In this document: positions 52,286-63,248 of the stretch, piece after piece
Numbering within the stretch: position 1 is the stretch's first letter
How the letters are laid out: every line of letters starts with the position of its first letter
Program-made: the position numbers and the translations under genes
Notes under the pieces: generated by a model
The model's input: the letters and a program-made list of their open reading frames with translations, nothing else
Told to the model about the DNA's origin: nothing
Database searches by the model: none
Assembly: GCA_030390025.1 (NCBI GenBank)
Contig: CM059432.1
Location: forward strand, 103,852,001 to 103,916,000
DNA length: 64,000 bases
Reading direction: 5' to 3'
Source of the DNA: Squalus acanthias
Taxonomy: Eukaryota

Positions 52286-55108
52286 GTGAAAACTGAAATG
52301 AAGCAGGGCAGCGCGGGGGAAGGGGAAGATGCAGACCCAAAGCTTACACGGTGAACTGTGAAATTTCAAACAGCCCTGTGGTTTTGCAAATCTGCTCGAT
52401 ATTTACCCAAAGGTTTTCCATTGCAGTAGCAGACATATTTGATGTTCAAGGTTATTACACTAGGCAGAACTTGATAAAAAGTTTTTAAAGTCACTAATTG
52501 AGAAGCTTCAGTGCCTTCACAATCTTCCTCCTATGCATTATTCTAACAAAGCAACCACTTTTACAAGAATAGTATTTGCTTTAATGAAAGCAGCACTGAG
52601 CTACACAGAAGTTTCAAAGGATGCATCACCTTGATAATAACACATCTCCATTATCTTCAGTATTCTGCTGCATACAAACTTTGCTTTGAACAGAACTAAG
52701 GATTATATTTTTTGAAATTTTTAAATTGTAATTTTAATTCGTTTTGTGCTCAATGTGAATGGAGCATTTCCTACTTTTGACTTTGTATCAAGCAATTTCA
52801 GAGTGAAGCATCCCTTTCTGTAACAGTGTGACATTACCAATTCCATTTCACAGTTATTTTAGTAAGACTGCCACTTTAGTGTTGAATTACTGTCAATAGG
52901 GAACCACTAGGAACTTTCTTGAAAGAGGCAAAATCCATTTGACTTATGACCCTTACAGTTAACACAGAGAGGAAACTTTCACCCCCTCAGTCTGGACAGA
53001 ATTCAAACCCAGATCCCAGTTCAAAAGAATGTGCTCAAGCCCATTACAATAATTTGGTTCCCTACCAATTCCCCACTAAATTTAATATTTTTGAATTTTT
53101 GGTCTAGAATTTTGATGGCTCCACACATTCAAACCACAGGTCGCTTCTGCCCACCGGCACTCACAACTTCGACCCCCAAATTTCAGGTGCAGGGATTGTT
53201 TGGCAGGCAGGCACGAATGATTTTCTGCACCTTTATATCTTTTGAGAAGCCTAGCTGAAGGCCATTGGTCAAAAGTGCATGACACCACCAAAGCTGAAAA
53301 GAATAATCTAAAAGATGAGGCAAAAGAGGAAGTATTGATTACACAAGGGCACATTTGAGCTTTAAACATTTGTAATTTGTAGGAGGAAAAGAAGAATGAA
53401 GAAAGTAAAGAATTAAAAATTGGATGAAGAGTTGAGGAACAAAATGAGTGGGGAAAATAAAAAAATAAATTAAATTCAAAGGAATGATTATAAACGGAGA
53501 CTGCGGTAATTAGGGAGAGTATACAAAGGGTCTCAGCGACATTGAAACATCTTTGGGAGGTGTGCGTAATTATACCTCAATGATCCAAGAAGATCTACCA
53601 TCTAACTGTGAATTTTCACCTAATTGCCAGCAGACATATTGACTGCTAATATTCAAAAATCAGCCACAATTAGGTTGATAATACAGTAGTAACTAATCAC
53701 ATATCTACCATGTGTTAAAAATGCACTTCTCCCTCAAAAGTAGTGAAATAATAATATGTACGCATAATCTTGACAATGATTGATCTTAGAATGGAAGTCC
53801 ACAATTAATAGTTTTTTACATCTTGGATGGTTGCAGACAAAGGGCATTAAGATGCAGGGAGGCTTCCACTCACTGCAGACACTATGATGACTAAAAACAG
53901 TCTTGGCAGAAAGGTCTCAACATGCTTTCTAATTAATGAATATCAATGTCTCAGACTTCAAGTCTGCTCCCTTATGTGGCATTATAATCAATCAGTTCCT
54001 GGAAACTTGCCAGAATCTATTCTGAACTGTCAGTAGAATATTCCATCTGAACATTGTGTATAACATTGCAAAATTTTGCAGTAGCCAAATTTGGCTACTA
54101 TCATTTTTTCCCAATAACGAAATAGAAAGTTGATAGCATTTGGCCACTAGGCTTCTGCTCCATGGAAATTCTTCAGGGAAATTACAACTTTAAACAACTG
54201 TTGGAAACAATATGCGATATCCTGCAACATCTTTAATAACTATATTTCAGTACTGTGATAGTTATGTACTTTATACCGGAACTGATCTGATCACCTCCAG
54301 ACAGCAGCCTTAGAATTTACTGTGAAAAATATCCCAGTGAGTGATGTCAGACTTGATAATGTGTGACTGTCTGGAGATAGCTACATACATTTAAACAGCT
54401 GTTTGAATGAAACCCAGCAGAACGACAGCAATAAGATTAAAAAATAAACTTATTCTTCATTCGGTCCTCGGGTTCAATACAGAAACATATATTTTTAAAA
54501 TTATTTCCAGATGTGGATAGAAAGTTACTCCTGCATATGATTAGAAAAGGGGTAACTTTACAGGTAAGTATTATCAATGATCCCCACATATTGCTCAACT
54601 CACTTACCCTGGAGATTAGGGACGTTAAGGAAGTTGCGGAGAGTTCATGATACTGCAAATTGTATATGGTCGCCTGGAAGGATGACCACCTTTCGTAGAT
54701 TCCTATGTTTAATTTCCTTTTATGTAAAAGGTCTTACTTTTTCAAATATTTATATTTATGGGGCTTATGGAAAATAAATGGTGCAGACTGAAGAGAAACT
54801 GCCCCAAATCAGTCTAAAGAGTCCGATTTCACCAACAGGAATGTTATGGAATGGTGCATTTCCAAGAAGATTCCCTTGGCTAATGCCCATCCTTGGTCCA
54901 TCTTCACTGCTCCAACAGCAGCTAGATACCTAAACACAGATGATTTTACACCCAAAACAAAACGCCCTTAATTTATTTACTAATGCAAGAACTCTAAAAC
55001 AGGTGTATGTTAAACTATAATAATGCGGAGATGCCGGCGTTGGACTGGGGTGGACAAAAATGAGAAGTCACACAACACCAGGTTATAGTCCAACAGATTT
55101 ATTTAAAA

Positions 55109-55150
55109 TTACAAGCTTTCGGAGCTATTGATCGCCCCTTCTTCAGGTAA
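55109..55150 (-). ncRNA. Minimal type I hammerhead ribozyme motif (antisense arm)
   Basis: Reverse complement reads TTAC CTGAAGA A GGGGC GATCAATA GCTCC GAAA GC TT GTAA. Confidence 0.65.
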
Positions 55151-55163
55151 AGTTACTGTAACT

Positions 55164-55205
55164 TTACCTGAAGAAGGGGCGATCGATAGCTCCGAAAGCT
55201 TGTAA
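55164..55205 (+). ncRNA. Minimal type I hammerhead ribozyme motif
   Basis: TTAC CTGAAGA A GGGGC GATCGATA GCTCC GAAA GC TT GTAA. Confidence 0.7.
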
Positions 55206-55916
55206 TTTTAAATAAATCTGTTGGACTATAACCTGGTGTTGTGCGACTTCTCAAACTATAATAAGGAATAGTTTTACACCAAGCTGTAAAAAAAGACACC
55301 TTGTGGTATAATGCCAGGCAACAGTTGAATGTCTCAAAGTTAAACGGTGTCATTCACTTTTGTATCTCCAGAAAGACCTGAATATATTAAATGTATCCAA
55401 TAATAATGAAAAGAGTTACCAAAAAATAGCAGAACTCCCAAAAAAACAAGCAGCAATCTGTGGTGAATTAACTCTCTATCCAGTTCCACAAATTTCAATA
55501 GCCACATTTTAATAGCCAATAACAAAGTTGGATTTTACAGCCAAAAGTCAAAATTGTTATTAATATTAATTGGTTGAAAAATAGGAGACAAATACACTGC
55601 ATCATAAGGTAATAGATTATCAGCTAGAAATTTGTTTGCCCCCCAAAAATGGGCAGGGGGATGGCAATGCAGGACCAACCTGCGCCCATTCAAAGTAATG
55701 CAGGCAGCACTCTAACTTCATGCTGCCTGCTGAACACGCTGCTGAGTGGCTGAACGCTCAGCAGGGGGCCCAAGTTCGTGCGAGGCTAACACCAATTAAA
55801 GCTAGCCTGCACTACTTAAAGGCAGTCTGCGCCTCTGAAAGGGGAGGTGCTTTCTGCCTGCGCCAGGTTATTCCACTGGCTGGGAAATAGAGTCAGATCA
55901 GGAAAAAGGATTACTG

Positions 55917-57860
55917 ATGTCAAAACAGGGGAGAGAGTGTGCTCCAAGTTTCTCCAATGCGGCACTGATGACCTTGCTGCAGGAGGTCAACACAAGGAGA
56001 GTGGTCCTGTTTCCACAGGAGGCCAGGAGGTCCTCCAGACAAATGTGGAAAAGGCAATGGGAGCAGATAGCTGGCATGGTCAATGCCAGCAGCGTAACCC
56101 CGAGGACCTGGACTCAATGCAGGAAGAAGTTTAATGACCTCACATGAGTGGTCAAGGTCAGTGAATGCATCTTCAAAGGCCATATCCCACCATCTGCACC
56201 ACTAACCTCAGACACTGCTCAATGCACCACACTCCCATCACTCACCTACCAACAATCTCTACCAAACACAACTCATACTTTACATTCATAGCTTCACCTC
56301 ACCCTCACACACTTACCACAGCTGCAAACCTCACACCCACATCTCACAGCTTGCACACACTATCAGCTATTCAACCATGACAGGCATATCACCCAAACAC
56401 ATTGCACCACACTCACTGACACACTTCCCTTTCTCTTGCAGGACAAGGTTGCTCACAACGGGAGGCAGCAGGATCTAACCAGTGGGGGACAGGCATGCCT
56501 GCATAACCTAAGCCCGATGGAGGAGATGGTGCTGGCCATTATTGGGAGGGCCATCACTGAGACTGTGGCCAGCGGCGGGGCTGAAACAATAAAAGATGAT
56601 GGTATCCTCATTCGTAATCTTCCTTGTCACAACCCAGTTCCCTCTCATCCCACAATCTCTTCTGATTTACAAGCTGCACATGGTGTAAGCATGTACTTCT
56701 TGCTTTCCCCCGCCTTCCCTCACCACAACCTTACCCTTGTACCTTTCTCCTTTCAGATAGCCAAGAACTGACACCTAGCCAGGCACTGGTGAAGGAGCAT
56801 GAAATTGAAGAGCACCAAGACACAGAAGATGATGAAGACACAGCACCATCACCCATCATTCGATTTCACTCTCGCAGCCACCAGCTTAGATATTGACACT
56901 CTGCACGTACTTTAAAGGATAGCTTAGACATGGGATCTGCACGTGTTGAGACACCGGGCATGAGTGGCCTGCAGCCAGGACAGGGGAAAAGGGTAGCGCA
57001 AGTGCCACATCCCGGAGGGCGAGGTCGCACACGAGTTTTGTTGCAGAGGACTCAGATGAGGACTTCGATGGGGCGGCCTACAGAATAGCGTTGATGGGTA
57101 TGCACAATGAAATGCTTGGTGCATTGGCAGGTCTGACAAAAAGCCTGAGTGCAATGTCAAGGAACATGGAGGAGTCCAGCACCAACTTTGCACAGGGTTT
57201 TGCACAGAGCTTGGAGCCCATTATTTCCAGCATGGAAATGATGTGCAACTCCATTAGTGCACTTGTGGACCCAACCATGATGCAGCGTCTGATGGCCAAT
57301 GTCTCAGCTTCCATTGTAGCTAAAGCAGAAACCACCCAACATCTGGGTGCTGCAGTGGAAGCTCAGACTTCTGTCATGCAAGCTCAGACTGCTCTCTTAC
57401 GGGCTCAGCTTGCTGCCACGCAAGCTCAGACTGCTGCCATTGTTTCTGTATTTACCAGTGTGGAAAGGGGCTTGCAGAGTGTCACAGCAATCCAGCAATC
57501 TGTCCTCCAACAGATGGCTAGGAATGCTGAGGTGCTGCTCCAGGGGCAGTGGTTCCGTGGAGCATGAACCTGCTGTCCTCGCTCAGGATGACAGTATTCG
57601 TCCTCCCACCAGTGTCACTCCGCCAGTGCCCTTGCTGCTGCCTGTCAACCAGCCAGCCCAGACTGCTGCCACCCATGCTGAGGTGGTGCAGTCTACAGCC
57701 CAGCCTTCTAGGCCCAGAGCTGCTCGAGGTCATCCTCCAAAGCCATCTGCAGTCTTCCACCAGCGATGCTGCAACCACTGGGGTAGCACTTCATAGGAGC
57801 ACTAGGATAGGCAAAGGCACACAGAAGACAGGCAGTAAGGGAATGAACAAGGATGATTAG
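55917..57860 (+). pseudogene. Harbinger Myb/SANT-like DNA-binding protein gene, 3 exons (55917-56156, 56442-56601, 56757-~57860)
   Basis: APSFSNAAL..WEQIA..VN..RTWTQCRKKFNDL. GT-AG introns keep phase into DKVAHN.. and acidic DSQEL..EDDED. Premature TGA at 56145 and later frameshifts. Confidence 0.8.
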
Positions 57861-58029
57861 TTAACTTTGTTATGTAATATTTGATGGATTGATATATAAA
57901 GTTGGTTTGGAATGTTTCTTTTGTGATGGCTTTTATTGTAGCATTGTGGCCAAGAGGACGCTGTGATGGTCAGTAACAGAGGGAAGCTAAGTTGTGGGAC
58001 TAATGTTGAATGAGGAATTGGGGTTGTGG

Positions 58030-59216
58030 TCACTGGTACCGCAGTCAGATAAGTCGATCACAGACAGCCCGGGCAGAAAGGAACTATCTGGGTTGCCGCC
58101 TCCCTTTCGCTTCCTCCTCTTCCACTTCCTCAGCTGGTCGCTGTATGCCTGGTGGCAAGGGCTGTGCCCTCATGATGGCGAGATTGTGGAGCATGCAGCA
58201 GACCATGACAAACTTGAAATGCACTCTGGTGAGTACTGCCGGGCTCCTCCATAGCGGTCCAGACAGCGGAAGCATTGTTTAAGGACGCCAATGGTCTGCT
58301 CTATCAGATTCCGTGTAGCTGCATGGCTTTCATTATATGCATGCTGCCCACGCGTGCATGGGTTGTGCAGTGGAGTCATGAGCTAGGTGGTCAGTGGATA
58401 GCTCTTGTCGCCCAGTTAGCCATCCTCTGGTTTGTCATGGTGGCTCAAAGACTGAGGGAACAGCCAACTGGCACAGAATAAAAGCATCATGACTGCTGCC
58501 AGGATACCGGGCATTCACCATCATGATGTGCTGAGCAAGGTTACACACCAGCTGCACATTCAGCGAGTGGTAACTTTTGCGGTTGTGGTACATCTCAGCA
58601 TTTAGATGCCGGGCCCGCAAAGCCACGTGCCTGCAGTCGATGGCGCCCTGTACCATGGGGAAGCCCGCTATCCTGGCAAAGCCACATGCATGCAGTCAAT
58701 GGGGCCCTGCACCATGGGGAAGCCGTCTATCCTGGCAAAACCATGTGCACGCTCCGCCTGCTTCTCTCAGTCGGAGAGAAGACAACAAACTCCGCTCTCC
58801 TGGCATAAAGAACCTCTGTCACCTCTCTTATGCAGCAGTGGACGGCAAACTGCGCGACGTTACAGATGTTGCCTGCTCCAGCCTGGAAGGATTCCGATGC
58901 AAAGAAATTCAGGGCCACGGTCACCTTCTCAGCCACTGGCAGTGCTGTCCTTGCCCTGGTGAGGCTGCAGGTCTGGTTGCAAGAGATGGCAGAGTTCTGT
59001 GAGAATCTCCTTCATAAAGCGCAGACGCCTAATGCACTGCTCCTGGCTCAGGCTGAGGTAAGAGAATTGCTCTTGGAAGACCCTAGGTGGGTAAGGCCTC
59101 CTGCTCCTTCTCCTCCTCCTCCTCCCTCTGCGAGCAGCTTGTCCTCTTCTTGGCTGCCTCTGCTCCATCTCTCTGTCATGCTGCAGGCCAAGGGAGATGA
59201 CAACTAGAGCACCCAT
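58030..59216 (-). pseudogene. HARBI1-like DDE transposase, disrupted
   Basis: KVTVALNFFASESFQ, GAIDCRHV, NRKSYHSLNVQLVC, YPGSSHDAFIL, LGDKSYPL, YNESHAATRNLIEQTIGVLKQCFRCL and CCMLHNLA spread over several frames. Confidence 0.92.
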
Positions 59217-60556
59217 GACTGGGATAAAGTGGTCTGACCAGAACCCTTGAAGTCAGAATGAAGGCCTTCTCCACTTGCAGCACCACTCCCTGTCACCTCA
59301 CCAACTTTAAACAACTCTGAAAAGCACTAAAGACTTCTACAAACTTACACAATCCCAGTTGAAATTAATCAGCAACTAACCTGAGAGTGGTTGCTGATCC
59401 CTTTAAATATCGCTGGTGGGGGGTCCTTCCTGCTGTTGAACGCATGTTCAGCTGTGCGGTTAAGACAGGGCGTTAGCTCCAGCGTGGAGGACAAAAATGG
59501 CAGTGCTGGCATCAAATCAGCATTGCACACTGATTGATGTCACGGTCTGCCAGCTTTACATACTTCTAGCGCACGCTCCTAACGCTCACTCTACCACCTT
59601 CACCAAAATGGCATCCAGTGCAGCCTGCACCCGAAGTGTGCACACGCGGCGCGGACACCATTTTTGACACTAAATGGCATCCATAGTGCCTAAAGATTGG
59701 GCGCTACAGAGCTGAATTTCTAGCCCATAATAGTAGCTGTGTCTGCGATTCCCTGTATGGTGAGTTTCTAATGTTTCTAATGCCGGGCCACTGGCAAAGC
59801 ATGAAGAGCAGCTCATTTGCTTTCTAGGAGGGTAAAAAAATCAGTGGATGAGTTACTCTGGGCTATTCTAACAAACATCTGAGCTGTTGATTACAGAGCA
59901 CTGTTCTCAGAAGTCTGGAAGAAGTTTACCTGCCACCAAACCTGGTCAGTGAAGTGTGTGTATATGGGGAACCTAAAGAAAGAGAGGAAGAGAATAATTC
60001 AAAACATAGAGAGATACTCCTGGTGAATTAACAAAAGGAAAAAAATACCTGTCTAACAAAAGCAATCTTTTGCTTATTTCATAAATTGTCTGATGGATAT
60101 TGAGTGGCATATGGTTAAAGTTCCTGCAAGACTAGAATTGGTTTCAATACAACAGAAGGGGATTTAAATAACACAGTAGATTAGCACACTCTCCCTTTTT
60201 ACCTTTGGGACCTTGAATCGAATCCAGACCAAACTGATGAAAGACTTCTCCTGTACAGGTCCTACGTGACATGGGTTTCTGAAGACCATAAAATAGGGAT
60301 ATGATAAAAGACTGTTTGCACTGCCAAAACCTGCATTCTCCACAGACGATGTTCAACTGCCCCATCATGAGCTCTATCCAATATTCTTTGTGAGGTGACT
60401 AACTATATTAAACCTCTAGGATGATAAAGCTCATTTGATCTCAGAAGATAATTAAATAAATTACAAGATATTATTCTAACCTTACATTTAACCCTATTTA
60501 AGTGTTGCCAGTTAGATTACATTCCACAACCAAACTTCCAGCAGCATTGGAATCAT

Positions 60557-60840
60557 GGCCTCGAAATTTGACAGCCTCACACCCATTTTTAAGGCACTAA
60601 ATGGGCGCCTAAGCCAGGAAGTGCACGCTCATTATGAGCCAGATGTGCACCACCCACCATATTGGTATAGGCAAAAATATAGGCATCCAGGGCTCATGTC
60701 TGAAACAGGCGGTAGGCCCTTTGCATATACAAATATGTGGCGGTTCATGTTTCCCGCTGTGTTCGCATCCCAAATCGGGCGCAAACTAATTCCTATGCCA
60801 ATATCTCAGGAAATTATAGCCATATGGCCTGTCATTTTCT
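60557..60840. mobile_element. Harbinger-type MITE fragment
   Basis: Starts GGCCTCGAAATTTG with a GC-rich arm containing CCATATTGG and TTTGCATA motifs; no right TIR recognised. Confidence 0.4.
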
Positions 60841-60847
60841 ATACATT

Positions 60848-61961
60848 GGGTCAGAATTTGCTGGCAAAATAATGGCGGGTTTAATGGGCACACCATTATT
60901 AATATGGTTAGCACTGTTGCCTCACAGCGCCAGGGACCCGGGTTCGAATCCGGCCTCGGGTGACTGTCTGTGTGGAGTTTGCACATTCTCCCCGTGTCTG
61001 CGTGGGTTTCCTTCGGGTGCTCCGGTTTCCTCCCACAGTCCAAAGATGTGCGGGTTAGGTTGATTTGGCTATGATAAATTGACCCTTAGTGTTAGGGGGG
61101 ATTAAATACGTGGGGTTACGGGGATAGGATGGGATATGTTAGGGGGAATTAAATATGTGGGGTTACGGGGATAGGGTGGGATATGTGTTGGTGCAGGCTC
61201 GATGGGCCGAAATGGCCTCTATCTGTACTGTGGGGATTCTGTGATTCTGTGATTCTGTGAATGTGTAGGTCATCCAGCAATTTGTGGCGAGGAGGAGATA
61301 CCCCGTGAGTTGCAAATCGGCACAAATTGCTGGATGATTTGCACCGCTCCGCCGTTAGCCTTGCAAAACAGCAGCTCACTGTCAACCTCCCCATGAGTTG
61401 CATGGAATTGCTGCATTTGCACAGTAATTACCAATTGAACTTGCCGCTGAAAGTTAGGGTTGGTACTTAACAGCGTAAATACCCTTTTTAATGACGAGAT
61501 TTATGTTCCTGAAATGCCACTGAACCTCTCCGGCCCAGAAAGGGAACTATTAAAACTGTGGAGTTTCATTCCAACAGGTAGTAAATAGTTTTTTAAATTA
61601 TCATTTTAATTTATTTTTCTTACTTTACCTTTCTAGCTCTTTTTTCTCTCTCTTAATCCAATTTTTCTTTCCCTCTCTTTATTTCTCTTCCTGTACCTGA
61701 TTTTACTCTAGTTCACCCTATTTCCTTCTCCATCGTACCTCTGTTTATTTCTCAATCCTTAAATCTCATTGGTTAAGGAGATAGACTGTTAATCCCGCTG
61801 TTCACCAAGGTCCCAGAAGCCCCACTGATCCCGCTGTACCGTTAATCAGCTCACACTTCCAGCAATTTGTGGCGTAATTTTATTACGAGCTGATGGTTGA
61901 GGGAAATAGTTCAACTAACGGGGCGCGCCGCAATATGCCCCACTCAAGCAAAATCTGAATC
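60848..61961. mobile_element. Harbinger-type MITE hosting an HE1-like SINE
   Basis: TIRs GGGTCAGAATTTGC / GCAAAATCTGAATC (11/14) with 3-bp TSD ATT on both sides. Confidence 0.75.
60905..61260 (+). mobile_element. HE1-like V-SINE
   Basis: tRNA-like head with B box GGTTCGAATCC; V domain GTGTGGAGTTTGCACATTCTCCCCGTGTCTGCGTGGGTTTCC..TCCGGTTTCCTCCCACAGTCCAAAGA; CR1-type tail (ATTCTGTG)n; short internal tandem duplication. Confidence 0.9.
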
Positions 61962-62124
61962 ATTAATTGTAATGAACTGAAAATTATAGGCTGCGCACCC
62001 ATCATTTTCCGAGATGCATTCCCTGCCAGCGCTGCTCCCACTGGAATTGCCACATCGCAGAATCAAATCTATTGTTTTTTATCTCATACTTGAGAGATGT
62101 TAATTTTCTACTCGTGCTCTGGTT

Positions 62125-62481
62125 CAGTTTTGTCCAATAAGGTTAAACATGTGGCTAATTGCATTTCTGATTAATAAGTAAAAAATGAGAAATGGACCCC
62201 ATCGTTGGCATGTGATCTCAACACTGATATTTGCATGGCGTGCACATTCATTGGTAAAATGGTAAGACGAAAGACAGAGTGTGCAAGTGTTTTTTGATTG
62301 TTGTGAGTATTTTACTTCTTTGGTTACTAAATGGCAGTAGATGTTTGTTAAGTAAATATAGACAGATGTAAAGTATTGTGTGTATGTAAGGCGTTTTCTA
62401 CTAAAATTAGTGCTCGTGGCTAAAACGGTGTCGCCATAGCCACACCTGTGGCTAATCAGTGATTTCTATTGGACAACCCTG
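62125..62481. mobile_element. hAT-type MITE (357 bp)
   Basis: TIRs CAGTTTTGTCCAATA / TATTGGACAACCCTG (13/15), imperfect 8-bp TSD CTCTGGTT / CTCTATTT, subterminal GTGGCTAA repeats. Confidence 0.75.
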
Positions 62482-62549
62482 CTCTATTTCTATAATCACA
62501 ATCATATGTTTAATAACCTTATTACATCTGTATTATTTGATTAACCTCA

Positions 62550-62835
62550 CTGATAGTGCTAGGAGCAGTACAATTGGTTGCAAATTATGCCCCTAGGTTA
62601 GGGAGGAGAAAAATCAGCCCTGTTTCCTCCTTCTGATTGCTATACTAGAAATGCACATACCTGGATACTGGCTCGGCACAGGTCTTAGACGACATGTTAC
62701 ACAATTGAATAGGACTATCAAAGCTCACGTATGAACACTTAGGCGAGGTACAGGAGTGAACCAACCATGGAACTGTATCCCAGTGAGGGAGTCAACACCT
62801 TCAGGACAAGATGGGGAGGGGAATTGGAGAGAATA
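62550..62835 (+). mobile_element. Old SINE family X fragment
   Basis: TACAATTGG..AGGGAGGAGAAAAATCAGCC..GGCGAGGTAC..CATGGAAC..CCTTCAGGA blocks. Confidence 0.5.
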
Positions 62836-63248
62836 AAAAAGTTCTTTAAAAGACTCATGTCGAAACATGCCCAATGCCTTTAGCAATCAATGTATGTTGC
62901 ACCCACTCTATAACATTTAAAAGACAATTTTAGTTACCTTCTGAAAATAATCTAGTGCTTTAATGAAGTGTGACCTATTGCTTCTTGAACTACCTTTAGT
63001 ACTTGTAATGTGCTCTTTAGATGAGGTTGTTGGTGTTACATTTTAGGATTTTTAGGAGTCACACTTGGCCAATATTATACCTGACCAGGCACCAAAAGTA
63101 ATAAAAATGTTCCACTCCCTAGTGCCGTACACATACAATATATTAATGAAGAGAGGAACAATTAAACAAAAATAGTTTAAAAGAAAAAAATTCTATTAAC
63201 TTTTCAATGATATTTAGGAATAGAATTTAGAGATGTGTTGAGACAGAA

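Larger units (their letters stand above)
55024..55252. mobile_element. 229-bp Penelope-like fold-back insertion
   Basis: 37-nt tail plus arms 55061-55156 / 55158-55253 around a 1-nt loop; 12-bp direct repeat AAACTATAATAA at 55012 and 55253. Confidence 0.85.
55621..59726. mobile_element. Near full-length PIF/Harbinger transposon (~4.1 kb), decayed
   Basis: TIRs CAGCTAGAAATT / AATTTCTAGCCC (10/12); convergent Myb/SANT and DDE transposase genes. TSD not clean. Confidence 0.88.

Noticed and set aside
58030..59216. Domesticated HARBI1 gene
   Set aside because: It has frameshifts and stops, lies within TIRs and is paired with a Myb gene, as in a transposon copy.
60905..60960. tRNA gene
   Set aside because: The B box is present, but it is the 5'-clipped head of an HE1-like SINE without a full cloverleaf; the same applies to the SacSINE1-like heads.
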